Below, one piece after another: positions 15,682 through 22,829 of a stretch of DNA of 32,000 bases. The stretch lies in the NCBI RefSeq assembly GCF_000025925.1, contig NC_014033.1, forward strand, positions 720,001 through 752,000. The letters run 5' to 3'. This stretch comes from Xylanibacter ruminicola 23 (GTDB taxonomy: Bacteria > Bacteroidota > Bacteroidia > Bacteroidales > Bacteroidaceae). A program made the translations under genes and the position numbers. Under the pieces are notes generated by a model. That model was not told the origin of the DNA. It worked only from the letters and a program-made list of their open reading frames with translations, and searched no databases. Each line of letters starts with the position of its first letter. The first letter of the stretch is position 1.

Positions 15682-16616
15682 TATTTTCTCTTTATTAGTT
15701 CTACTTTATAGCCTTCTTTGCGCAGCAGTTGGATAATGCCCGACTGACCAATCAGATGTCCTGCGCCGAATACAAATAGGGTTGGTGTTTGGCTGATGGC
15801 GGTTTTGATTTTGGGCAACCATCGTTCGTTGCGGGCCTTAAACAGTTCGGGCTGCTTGTTAACCTGCGAAATCCAGTAGTCAGATTGTGCAAAACTATCG
15901 TAATCGCCCTCTTTCCAATAGGTTCCGGTCTTGGCTACCGTGTTCAGCTCGTCGGCTATCATCTGTTTGCGATGCTCCATGTCGCTCAGAAAAGCCACCA
16001 GCGAGTCAACCTGCACGTCGATCTTGGCATTCAGCGAGTCGCGCATCTTTTTCAGCTTATCCTCGGGCTGTACCTCGTCGAGCTGTCCGAAGCTTAATCC
16101 GCGCTCCTTGGCACGATTGATGCAGAACATGTCTATCGGTGTGCCGGTCATGCCTAACTCGGGATGTTTCTGCATCTCCTGACTTGTAAATATCAAGCTG
16201 AATGTGGTAATCAGCACGTTGGGCTGATAGTTCCATACGCTTTTCATCACCGAGTCGGTAAAGTTCACTTGGAAAGTCTCTTTAAAGCGCGTGTTCAGCA
16301 GGTCTATCTGGTCCTGATTCAGTACGTCAAAGATGTTTTTCCCTTCGGGCAGACTGATAGCCTGCTGTCCTGCAGCCTGTGCCTGGGCCATGGATTGCTG
16401 ACTGCTGATATCGTACTCGGCATAAAGCTGACGGCATTTCGATTCGGCCTCGACAAATTCGGGGATACTGTCGAGCAGAGAGCCGGGCAATGTATGTACT
16501 GATCCGAGGATATAAGATGGCTCTTTGATTTTCTTGCCGCTGATGCGGAACAGGAACTGAGCGTTGGCACTAACAGCTGTAAAGGCTATGGCCAGGATAA
16601 GGAAGGTTTTCTTCAT
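15681..16616 (-). CDS. TraB/GumN family protein (secreted)
   Basis: Signal peptide MKKTFLILAIAFTAVSANAQ. N-terminal LGSVHTLPGS and C-terminal FVFGAGHLIG motifs are characteristic of TraB/GumN. Confidence 0.75.
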   Translation of the reverse strand: MKKTFLILAIAFTAVSANAQFLFRISGKKIKEPSYILGSVHTLPGSLLDSIPEFVEAESKCRQLYAEYDISSQQSMAQAQAAGQQAISLPEGKNIFDVLNQDQIDLLNTRFKETFQVNFTDSVMKSVWNYQPNVLITTFSLIFTSQEMQKHPELGMTGTPIDMFCINRAKERGLSFGQLDEVQPEDKLKKMRDSLNAKIDVQVDSLVAFLSDMEHRKQMIADELNTVAKTGTYWKEGDYDSFAQSDYWISQVNKQPELFKARNERWLPKIKTAISQTPTLFVFGAGHLIGQSGIIQLLRKEGYKVELIKRK

Positions 16617-16645
16617 AACTTTTTTGGTTTATAAGTTTCACGTTG

Positions 16646-16653
16646 CAAATATA
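16646..16653 (-). promoter_or_regulatory. -7 box TATATTTG (minus strand) for the TraB/GumN operon
   Basis: The minus strand reads GCTTATATTTGCAACG, 29 nt upstream of the ATG. The same 13-mer TATATTTGCAACG occurs at the promoter at 20991. Confidence 0.55.
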
Positions 16654-16721
16654 AGCAACAAATCTTGATTGTGCAAGAAATGCGCGCGCCTTAACCTAAT
16701 AATAACATTGGGTTGGGGGAC

Positions 16722-16761
16722 AGAACAAAAATAAAGCCCGCAGAACTGAGTTCTACGGGCT
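16722..16761 (-). terminator. Rho-independent terminator of the small lipoprotein gene
   Basis: On the minus strand, a 12-bp stem AGCCCGUAGAAC / GUUCUGCGGGCU (one G-U pair) with a 3-nt loop is followed by UUUAUUUUUG. Confidence 0.8.
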
Positions 16762-16784
16762 CTTTCTCTCAATCGTTCGTTCAA

Positions 16785-16955
16785 TTACTGAGCAACTGAA
16801 TCAGCAGCAACTGTGTCAACAGCGAGGCTGTCAGCTACAGTGTCAACTACCTCGGCGATAGAGTCAGTGTCCTGTACAGGAGCCTGAGCCTTGTTACCAC
16901 ATGATGCGAAAGAGATAGCAGCAACTGCTACGAACATGAATACCAATTTCTTCAT
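16785..16955 (-). CDS. Small lipoprotein (56 aa), absent from the supplied ORF track
   Basis: My own translation gives MKKLVFMFVAVAAISFASCGNKAQAPVQDTDSIAEVVDTVADSLAVDTVAADSVAQ*. Signal peptide plus lipobox (FASC). It has its own -7 box upstream and a strong terminator downstream. Confidence 0.75.
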   Translation of the reverse strand: MKKLVFMFVAVAAISFASCGNKAQAPVQDTDSIAEVVDTVADSLAVDTVAADSVAQ

Positions 16956-17008
16956 TTTTTCTAAGCTTTTAAAATCTGTAAAACAATCATTTGTTTATTA
17001 AAACGATG

Positions 17009-17016
17009 CAAAGGTA
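17009..17016 (-). promoter_or_regulatory. -7 box TACCTTTG (minus strand) for the small lipoprotein gene
   Basis: The minus strand reads GCTTACCTTTGCATCG, 53 nt upstream of the ATG at 16955. Confidence 0.6.
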
Positions 17017-17041
17017 AGCATTATTTTAATACAACGTATCA

Positions 17042-17081
17042 TTTTTTTCGATTTTTTTTTAGGGGTTTTTGTAACTTTTTT
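17042..17081. promoter_or_regulatory. Four phased T/A tracts (T7, T9, T5, T6) spaced 10-12 bp apart; probable curved-DNA or UP-like element in a divergent promoter region
   Basis: Direct reading: ATTTTTTTCGATTTTTTTTTAGGGGTTTTTGTAACTTTTTTG. Tract centres are near 17045, 17056, 17068 and 17078. Confidence 0.5.
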
Positions 17082-17185
17082 GCAAACCGCTGTAAATCAG
17101 CCACTTACGAAATGTTAAATTTAGTGTATTTTTCGCACATAACTTAAAAATGGCTCAAAATGCGTGTTTTTTGCAAAAAATGTCG

Positions 17186-17193
17186 TACCTTTG
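17186..17193 (+). promoter_or_regulatory. -7 box TACCTTTG for mtaB
   Basis: GTACCTTTGTGCCCGC closely resembles the rpsF/rRNA promoter core. It lies inside the N-terminal extension of the tracked ORF, which favours the ATG at 17223. Confidence 0.55.
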
Positions 17194-17222
17194 TGCCCGC
17201 AAACAATACACCTATTTTATAT

Positions 17223-18548
17223 ATGATAGATACCTCAGCATTTCAAGGCAAAAAGGCTGCCTATTTTACACTCGGATGTAAGTTGAACTTCTCAGAAACA
17301 TCTACTTTTGGTAAGATGCTTCAGGACCTGGGCGTAAGTACTGCCCAGAAAGGCGAGCAGGCCGACATCTGTTTGATAAACACCTGTTCGGTAACCGAGG
17401 TGGCTGATAAGAAATGTCGTCAGGCCATTCACCGCTTGGTGCGCGAGAATCCCGGCGCCTTTGTGGTGGTAACGGGATGCTATGCCCAGCTCGAGGCCGA
17501 CGAGGTGGCAAAGATCGAGGGTGTAAGTCTGGTGTTAGGCTCTAACGAGAAGGCCAACCTGGTTCAGTTCTTGTCGGATGCCTGGACAGGCGCCCCCACA
17601 GCTAAGTATTATCGTGAGAAAACCAAGGATATCAAATCCTTTGCGCCCAGCTGCTCAAAGGGTAACCGCACGCGCTATTTCCTGAAGGTGCAGGATGGTT
17701 GCGATTACTTCTGCACCTACTGTACCATTCCCTACGCCCGTGGTTTTTCGCGTAACCCAACGATTGCCTCGCTGGTAGCGCAGGCCCAGGAGGCCGCTGC
17801 CGAGGGTGGTAAGGAGATTGTGCTCACCGGTGTGAACATCGGCGACTTTGGTAAGACTACCGGCGAGAAGTTTATCGACCTGGTTAAGGCGCTCGATGGG
17901 GTAGAGGGCATTCAGCGTTACCGCATCAGCTCGCTCGAACCCGATCTGATTTCGGACGAGCTCATCGAGTACTGCGCCAAGAGCCGTGCCTTCATGCCGC
18001 ACTTCCACATCCCCCTGCAGAGTGGTAGCAACACGGTGCTCAAGCTCATGCATCGTCATTACGATCGCGAGCTGTTTGCCGAGAAGATCCACCGTATCAA
18101 GGAGTTGATGCCCGATGCCTTTATCGGCGTGGATGTGATGGTGGGCTGCCGTGGCGAAACACCCGAGTGCTTCGAGGAGACCTACACGTTCCTGGATAGC
18201 CTGGATGTTACTCAGCTGCACGTGTTCCCATACTCCGAGCGCCCAGGCACATCGGCCCTCAGCATCCCATACGTGGTTCCCGAGAAGGAGAAGAAGCAGC
18301 GTGTAAAGCGCCTGCTGGAACTCTCTGATCAGAAAACCCATGCTTTCTACGAGCGTTATATCGGCCAGCAGGCCGAGGTGCTGTTCGAGAAGGCTACCCG
18401 CGGTCGTGCCATGCACGGTTTTACTAAGAACTATATCCGTGTAGAGCTGCCCGCCAAGGATGCTAACCCCGATTTCGACAATCAGCTTATCAGTGTGAAG
18501 CTGGGCGAGATGACCCGCGATAAGGAGTCGTTAATGTGTATTATATAA
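17223..18548 (+). CDS. mtaB: tRNA (t6A37) methylthiotransferase MtaB (radical SAM)
   Basis: The N-terminal UPF0004 domain AAYFTLGCKLNFSE...INTCSVT resembles MtaB/YqeV. Radical SAM motif CDYFCTYCTIP and a C-terminal TRAM-like region. Confidence 0.8.
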   Translation: MIDTSAFQGKKAAYFTLGCKLNFSETSTFGKMLQDLGVSTAQKGEQADICLINTCSVTEVADKKCRQAIHRLVRENPGAFVVVTGCYAQLEADEVAKIEGVSLVLGSNEKANLVQFLSDAWTGAPTAKYYREKTKDIKSFAPSCSKGNRTRYFLKVQDGCDYFCTYCTIPYARGFSRNPTIASLVAQAQEAAAEGGKEIVLTGVNIGDFGKTTGEKFIDLVKALDGVEGIQRYRISSLEPDLISDELIEYCAKSRAFMPHFHIPLQSGSNTVLKLMHRHYDRELFAEKIHRIKELMPDAFIGVDVMVGCRGETPECFEETYTFLDSLDVTQLHVFPYSERPGTSALSIPYVVPEKEKKQRVKRLLELSDQKTHAFYERYIGQQAEVLFEKATRGRAMHGFTKNYIRVELPAKDANPDFDNQLISVKLGEMTRDKESLMCII

Positions 18549-19588
18549 TGTACGCGCGCGAAAAAATGGAAAAAGTAGCAATAGTGATACTTAATTGGAA
18601 CGGTCGCCAGATGCTCGAGCAGTATCTGCCCTCCGTGCTTAATTACTCAAAGGACGAGGCCACGGTTTATGTAGCCGATAACGCATCAACCGACGATTCG
18701 TTGGCGTTCCTGCAGCAGCATTACCCCGAGGTAAAGCTGGTTGTGCTGGATCAGAACTGGGGCTTTGCCGAGGGTTACAACCGGGCTTTGGCACAGATCC
18801 AGGCCGAGTACTACCTGCTGCTCAACTCCGATATCGAGGTTACCCACCATTGGCTCACCCCGATGATCGAGTACCTGGATGCCCATGCCGATGTGGCTGC
18901 CTGTCAGCCCAAGCTGCTCTCCATCTTTGATAAGGACCGCTTTGAGTATGCCGGTGCCAGCGGTGGCTATCTCGACCGCTTTGGCTATCCTTTCTGTCGT
19001 GGTCGTATCTTCGATACCGTCGAGGCCGATAACGGACAGTACGACGATGTGGCCGATATCCTGTGGGCCACAGGCGCCGCGCTCCTCATCCGCAGCACCG
19101 ATTACTGGGCTGTAAACGGACTCGATGCCCGGTTCTTTGCCCATAACGAAGAGATTGATATGTGCTGGCGATTGCGCATACGTGGTCGCCGTATCGTCTG
19201 CATTCCAGATAGTTACGTGTACCACGTTGGTGGTGGCACGCTGCCTAAGGGTAACCCGATGAAGACCTTCCTGAACTTCCGCAACAACCTGACGATGCTG
19301 TATAAATGCCTGCCCGATGGCGAGCTGCAGCACGTGATGCGTTGGCGCTGGTTCCTGGATTACCTGGCCGCCTGGGAAACCCTGATTCTGGGTCGTAACT
19401 GGGGCGACTTCAAGGCCATCTACCGTGCCCGTCGCGCTTTTAAACGTTGGAAGAAAGATTTTGAAGCCGACCGCCAAGCCATTCAGGCTTCGCGTCAGAC
19501 CATAAAAATACCAGAGCAAAAATCGTTCTCTTTGCTCTGGCAGTATTACGCTAAAGGTCGCAAGCTGTTTAGTGCCTTGCCCCTTTAG
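18548..19588 (+). CDS. Family 2 glycosyltransferase
   Basis: VAIVILNWNG...VADNASTDDS...GFAEGYN plus DxD-like NSD and an EEIDMCWR motif, all typical of GT2 (rhamnosyltransferase-like). The start may be the ATG at 18548 (TAATG overlap with the mtaB stop) or the ATG at 18566. Confidence 0.8.
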   Translation: MYAREKMEKVAIVILNWNGRQMLEQYLPSVLNYSKDEATVYVADNASTDDSLAFLQQHYPEVKLVVLDQNWGFAEGYNRALAQIQAEYYLLLNSDIEVTHHWLTPMIEYLDAHADVAACQPKLLSIFDKDRFEYAGASGGYLDRFGYPFCRGRIFDTVEADNGQYDDVADILWATGAALLIRSTDYWAVNGLDARFFAHNEEIDMCWRLRIRGRRIVCIPDSYVYHVGGGTLPKGNPMKTFLNFRNNLTMLYKCLPDGELQHVMRWRWFLDYLAAWETLILGRNWGDFKAIYRARRAFKRWKKDFEADRQAIQASRQTIKIPEQKSFSLLWQYYAKGRKLFSALPL

Positions 19589-20842
19589 TTATGGCTGGGT
19601 AATCACCACCTTTACGGGCTGTTCAACCTCCTTGCGCCACAGCTTCAGGAAATTGAACCAATCCTTAGCGGTATGATAGCCAAATGTCTCGTTATCAGAG
19701 GTATACGCTATCTTGTACTTCAGTATATTCTGGTTGGCTTTTACCACAAAAGCATAGTTATCTTTGTTGGCTGGCTCCTCGCTGGCCATGTACTGCTGGG
19801 GTATCAATATACCCAAGCCCACCGTTTCGCGCTTAAAGTTGATGGTGTCGCCTGTGGGGAAGTCGCTGCCCCAACAGCCGCGCAAACCCTTATGGTCGGT
19901 AAACTCCTCCGAACCCTTTACGTTAATCACACCGGTAGAGAATCGGTAGTTGCTCACGTCGGTATGCTTCTTGGTGAAATATACTTCTACATCGGTGTCG
20001 CGATGACCGGCGTACTGGATGTAGCGTATCGTTAGGTTGATGGGTGATGGGTGGTAGGTGTTGGTGGATGGTGCCTGCCAACCTTTATCTACTAACTCTA
20101 CGATGGTGCGCAGCGGACCGTACGAGATGATGCGCTGTGTGCGCGAGGCTACGGGCTCAATCATCGTGGGTTGCTTGCCGTCCCAACCGCGGAACGCACC
20201 CAGTCCAAAGGTGTTGCCTACCCACAGCACATCGTCGCCGTAACCTTGTGCCTTCTGCTCAGGCTGGGTGTAGAACTGGGTTTCCTCCAGCTCCAGGCGC
20301 TTCTGGAACTTACCGTACAGGTCCAGTGTCTGACGTTTGTCGAAGTAGATGCGGATACCGTTCAGCTCGCTCTCAAAATCCACGCCGTGATGGTGCTGCA
20401 GGTTGTACGAGTTAGCGCAGTCGCCGCGCGCGGTGATGGCCTCGATAAAGTTGTTGTGCTTGTTTTTCTCCTTCACCTTGTCGTTGCGAATCAGCATTTC
20501 GGCAAACACGCGGGCAGGGTATTTGGCAGGCTCGTCGCACAGGTCGGTAAACAGCTGTACCTGGTACTTCAACTGCTGTTTGCCCTTCAGATCGGCCAAA
20601 AAGCAGAGCTCGTCGAACACCTCGTCCTGGTCCAGATCATCTAGCTGACAGGGTATCTCCTTGCCCTCGCAGGTAACCAGCGCGCGGCGCACTTCGCCGT
20701 AGCTGTTAAGGGGGATTATCACCGCCTGATCGGTGCGTGCGGCAGCCGATGGGTTAGTAACGCTCACGGTCAGCTGCTGCTGAGCCTGGGCGGTCATCAC
20801 ACTGATGGCAGCAAGTGCCAACGTTATCATTTTCTTCTTCAT
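19589..20842 (-). CDS. Secreted DUF4861-like protein
   Basis: Preferred start MKKKMITLALAAISVMTAQAQ (signal peptide). LTVSVTNPSAAARTDQAVIIPL resembles the N-terminus of Bacteroides DUF4861 proteins. The family call is from memory only. Confidence 0.5.
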   Translation of the reverse strand: MKKKMITLALAAISVMTAQAQQQLTVSVTNPSAAARTDQAVIIPLNSYGEVRRALVTCEGKEIPCQLDDLDQDEVFDELCFLADLKGKQQLKYQVQLFTDLCDEPAKYPARVFAEMLIRNDKVKEKNKHNNFIEAITARGDCANSYNLQHHHGVDFESELNGIRIYFDKRQTLDLYGKFQKRLELEETQFYTQPEQKAQGYGDDVLWVGNTFGLGAFRGWDGKQPTMIEPVASRTQRIISYGPLRTIVELVDKGWQAPSTNTYHPSPINLTIRYIQYAGHRDTDVEVYFTKKHTDVSNYRFSTGVINVKGSEEFTDHKGLRGCWGSDFPTGDTINFKRETVGLGILIPQQYMASEEPANKDNYAFVVKANQNILKYKIAYTSDNETFGYHTAKDWFNFLKLWRKEVEQPVKVVITQP

Positions 20843-20867
20843 CTTTTTTATTTGTCTTAGCAGAGAG

Positions 20868-20875
20868 CAAAAGTA
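20868..20875 (-). promoter_or_regulatory. -7 box TACTTTTG (minus strand) for the DUF4861-like gene
   Basis: TAnnTTTG match 25 nt upstream of the ATG at 20842; it lies within the N-terminal extension of the track ORF. Confidence 0.55.
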
Positions 20876-20990
20876 CACAAAAACCATCAAACGGCCCCCG
20901 ATTTTTACACAAATAAACAAAAATGTGCAGGTTTTTATACTTTTATTTAAATATTTTAGGTTAAAATTTGGTTTTTAAAATATTTTTTAG

Positions 20991-20998
20991 TATATTTG
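20991..20998 (+). promoter_or_regulatory. -7 box TATATTTG for the GldB-like lipoprotein gene
   Basis: TAGTATATTTGCAACG, 48 nt upstream of the GTG start at 21047. Confidence 0.5.
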
Positions 20999-21046
20999 CA
21001 ACGATTTTTTTAACATAAGTATATCATTACCCCACAAAAATAGCCC

Positions 21047-21850
21047 GTGCGCAAGGTATATTATTTCCTGTTGATAGTGCTCTTTGGATGCATTAGCTGT
21101 GAATGGCAATTTACAGCAGGCGACGACCTTATAGTTAAGGTTGATCGCTACGACCGTATCCAGAGTCTGTACCTTACCACCGGCGATTTTTCGGCTTTGC
21201 AGCAGATGAACACCGCTTATCCCATGCAAACCCGCACGCTTATCGAGGATGTGCTGCGTATCGGTAAGGTGGATGATCAGCAGATTAACACCAAGTTCCT
21301 GCGATTCTATCAGGATTCTACCTTGCAGGCGCTCATTTCCGAGGCCGAGCAGCAGTATGCCAGCATGGATGATATCAATGCCGATTTTACCAAGGTGTTC
21401 AAGTATCTGCGCGAGCATATCCCTGGCATCGAGGTACCCGAGGTGTATGCCCAGATTGGTTCGCTCGATCAGAGTGTGATTGTGGGCAACGGCTCTATCG
21501 GTATCTGCTTGGATAAGTACCTGGGCAGCGATTATCCCCTTTACAAGAATCCGCTCTACGGCTATTCCAAGAGTCAGCTGGCCACGATGACCCGCAGCTA
21601 CATTGTGCCCGATTGCGCCGGGTTCTACCTGCTCAGTCTGTACCCCATGCCGCACGACCGCGCCCTCAGTCAGCAGGAGCGCGACATGCATATCGGCAAA
21701 ATCCAATGGGTCATCAATCAGGCTTACGGCAAGCACGTGTTCAACACCGTTTATACCCGTATGGTTGATCGCTACATGAAGAGCCACAACCTTACCATCG
21801 ACCAGATGCTGCGAAACAACAACTATTCTGAGTTCCGCAAAACCAACTGA
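21047..21850 (+). CDS. Lipoprotein, possibly GldB-like/DUF2268-like
   Basis: Signal plus lipobox MRKVYYFLLIVLFGCISC. KVDRYDR... after the signal and IGICLDKYLG resemble GldB-family lipoproteins (weak, from memory). The equally long antisense ORF 20987-21787 is rejected. Confidence 0.45.
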   Translation: MRKVYYFLLIVLFGCISCEWQFTAGDDLIVKVDRYDRIQSLYLTTGDFSALQQMNTAYPMQTRTLIEDVLRIGKVDDQQINTKFLRFYQDSTLQALISEAEQQYASMDDINADFTKVFKYLREHIPGIEVPEVYAQIGSLDQSVIVGNGSIGICLDKYLGSDYPLYKNPLYGYSKSQLATMTRSYIVPDCAGFYLLSLYPMPHDRALSQQERDMHIGKIQWVINQAYGKHVFNTVYTRMVDRYMKSHNLTIDQMLRNNNYSEFRKTN

Positions 21851-22764
21851 CCTTGGTGTATATCATTCTGCTTCAGGTAGTTTACCAGTTTGTTGGTAAA
21901 CTCGTAGTTCTTTAGTCCCCAATGCGGCGCTATCAGCAGTTCCTTAGGCGATTGCGACACAAAACGCTCCAGCACCATATCCGGTCGCAGGCGTTGTATG
22001 TACTGGGCAATCAGTTCGATGTACTCATCCACGCTGTAGATGTGGAACGGCTCGCGTTCGTACTCGTCGGCCAGTCGGGTGCCGCGGATAATCTGCATCT
22101 GATGAATCTTCAGAATGTCGATGGGCAGCTGCGATAGGATAGGGGCCTGGCGCAGACTCTCGGCCGCATCCTCGCCCGGCAGTCCCAGGATGATGTGCGC
22201 GCCGGTGAGCAATCCGCGTTGGTGGGTGCGCTCCAAGGCCGATACCGACTGCTCGAACGTATGTCCGCGATTGATATGTTGCAGCGTTGCGGCGTTGCAG
22301 CTTTCCAGTCCGTACTCCACCAGCACAAACGTACGCTGGTTCAGCTCGGCCAGGTAATCCAGCAGCTCGTCCGATACGCAATCCGGGCGTGTGCCAATCA
22401 CAATGCCCACGATATCCTCAACCGCCAGCGCCTCTTCGTACAGCGCTTTCAACTGTTCGATAGGGGCGTATGTATTCGTAAACGCCTGGAAATAAGCCAG
22501 GTACTTCATGTCGGGATACTTATGCGCAAAAAACTGCTTGCCCTCGGCCAGCTGCGCGCTCACCGACAGGCGTCGCTGACAGTACGAGGGGTTAAACGTG
22601 CGGTTGTCGCAGTAGATGCAGCCGCCCGTTGATATCCGTCCGTCGCGGTTCGGACAGGTAAAGCCGGCATCTATCGATATCTTCTGCACACGGTACGGAA
22701 ACTGGCGCCGTATCCACGTGCCGTAGTCGTTATAATAGGGTGTATTCACTTTATTTAAATCCAT
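21823..22764 (-). CDS. TIGR01212-family radical SAM protein (YhcC-like)
   Basis: YRVQKISIDAGFTCPNRDG...GGCIYCDN is the characteristic N-terminal motif of this family. 313 aa. Confidence 0.85.
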   Translation of the reverse strand: MDLNKVNTPYYNDYGTWIRRQFPYRVQKISIDAGFTCPNRDGRISTGGCIYCDNRTFNPSYCQRRLSVSAQLAEGKQFFAHKYPDMKYLAYFQAFTNTYAPIEQLKALYEEALAVEDIVGIVIGTRPDCVSDELLDYLAELNQRTFVLVEYGLESCNAATLQHINRGHTFEQSVSALERTHQRGLLTGAHIILGLPGEDAAESLRQAPILSQLPIDILKIHQMQIIRGTRLADEYEREPFHIYSVDEYIELIAQYIQRLRPDMVLERFVSQSPKELLIAPHWGLKNYEFTNKLVNYLKQNDIHQGQLVLRNSE

Positions 22765-22771
22765 CAGTGTG

Positions 22772-22779
22772 CAAAGTTA
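22772..22779 (-). promoter_or_regulatory. -7 box TAACTTTG (minus strand) only 7 nt from the TIGR01212 gene ATG
   Basis: The minus strand reads GTTAACTTTGCACACTGATG. This geometry implies a near-leaderless mRNA. Confidence 0.5.
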
Positions 22780-22792
22780 ACGAAAAAAACGC

Positions 22793-22800
22793 TATCTTTG
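22793..22800 (+). promoter_or_regulatory. -7 box TATCTTTG for the DPP-IV gene
   Basis: TAnnTTTG match 29 nt upstream of the ATG at 22830. Confidence 0.55.
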
Positions 22801-22829
22801 CAGTCTGAAACAGTAAAAACTCGAAAAAT

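Noticed and set aside
20987-21787. 266-aa ORF antisense to the GldB-like lipoprotein gene
   Set aside because: It has no signal or motifs, and its L/V/H/G-rich, Lys-poor composition is typical of the reverse frame of a GC3-biased gene. The plus-strand ORF has a clean lipoprotein signal and a promoter box.
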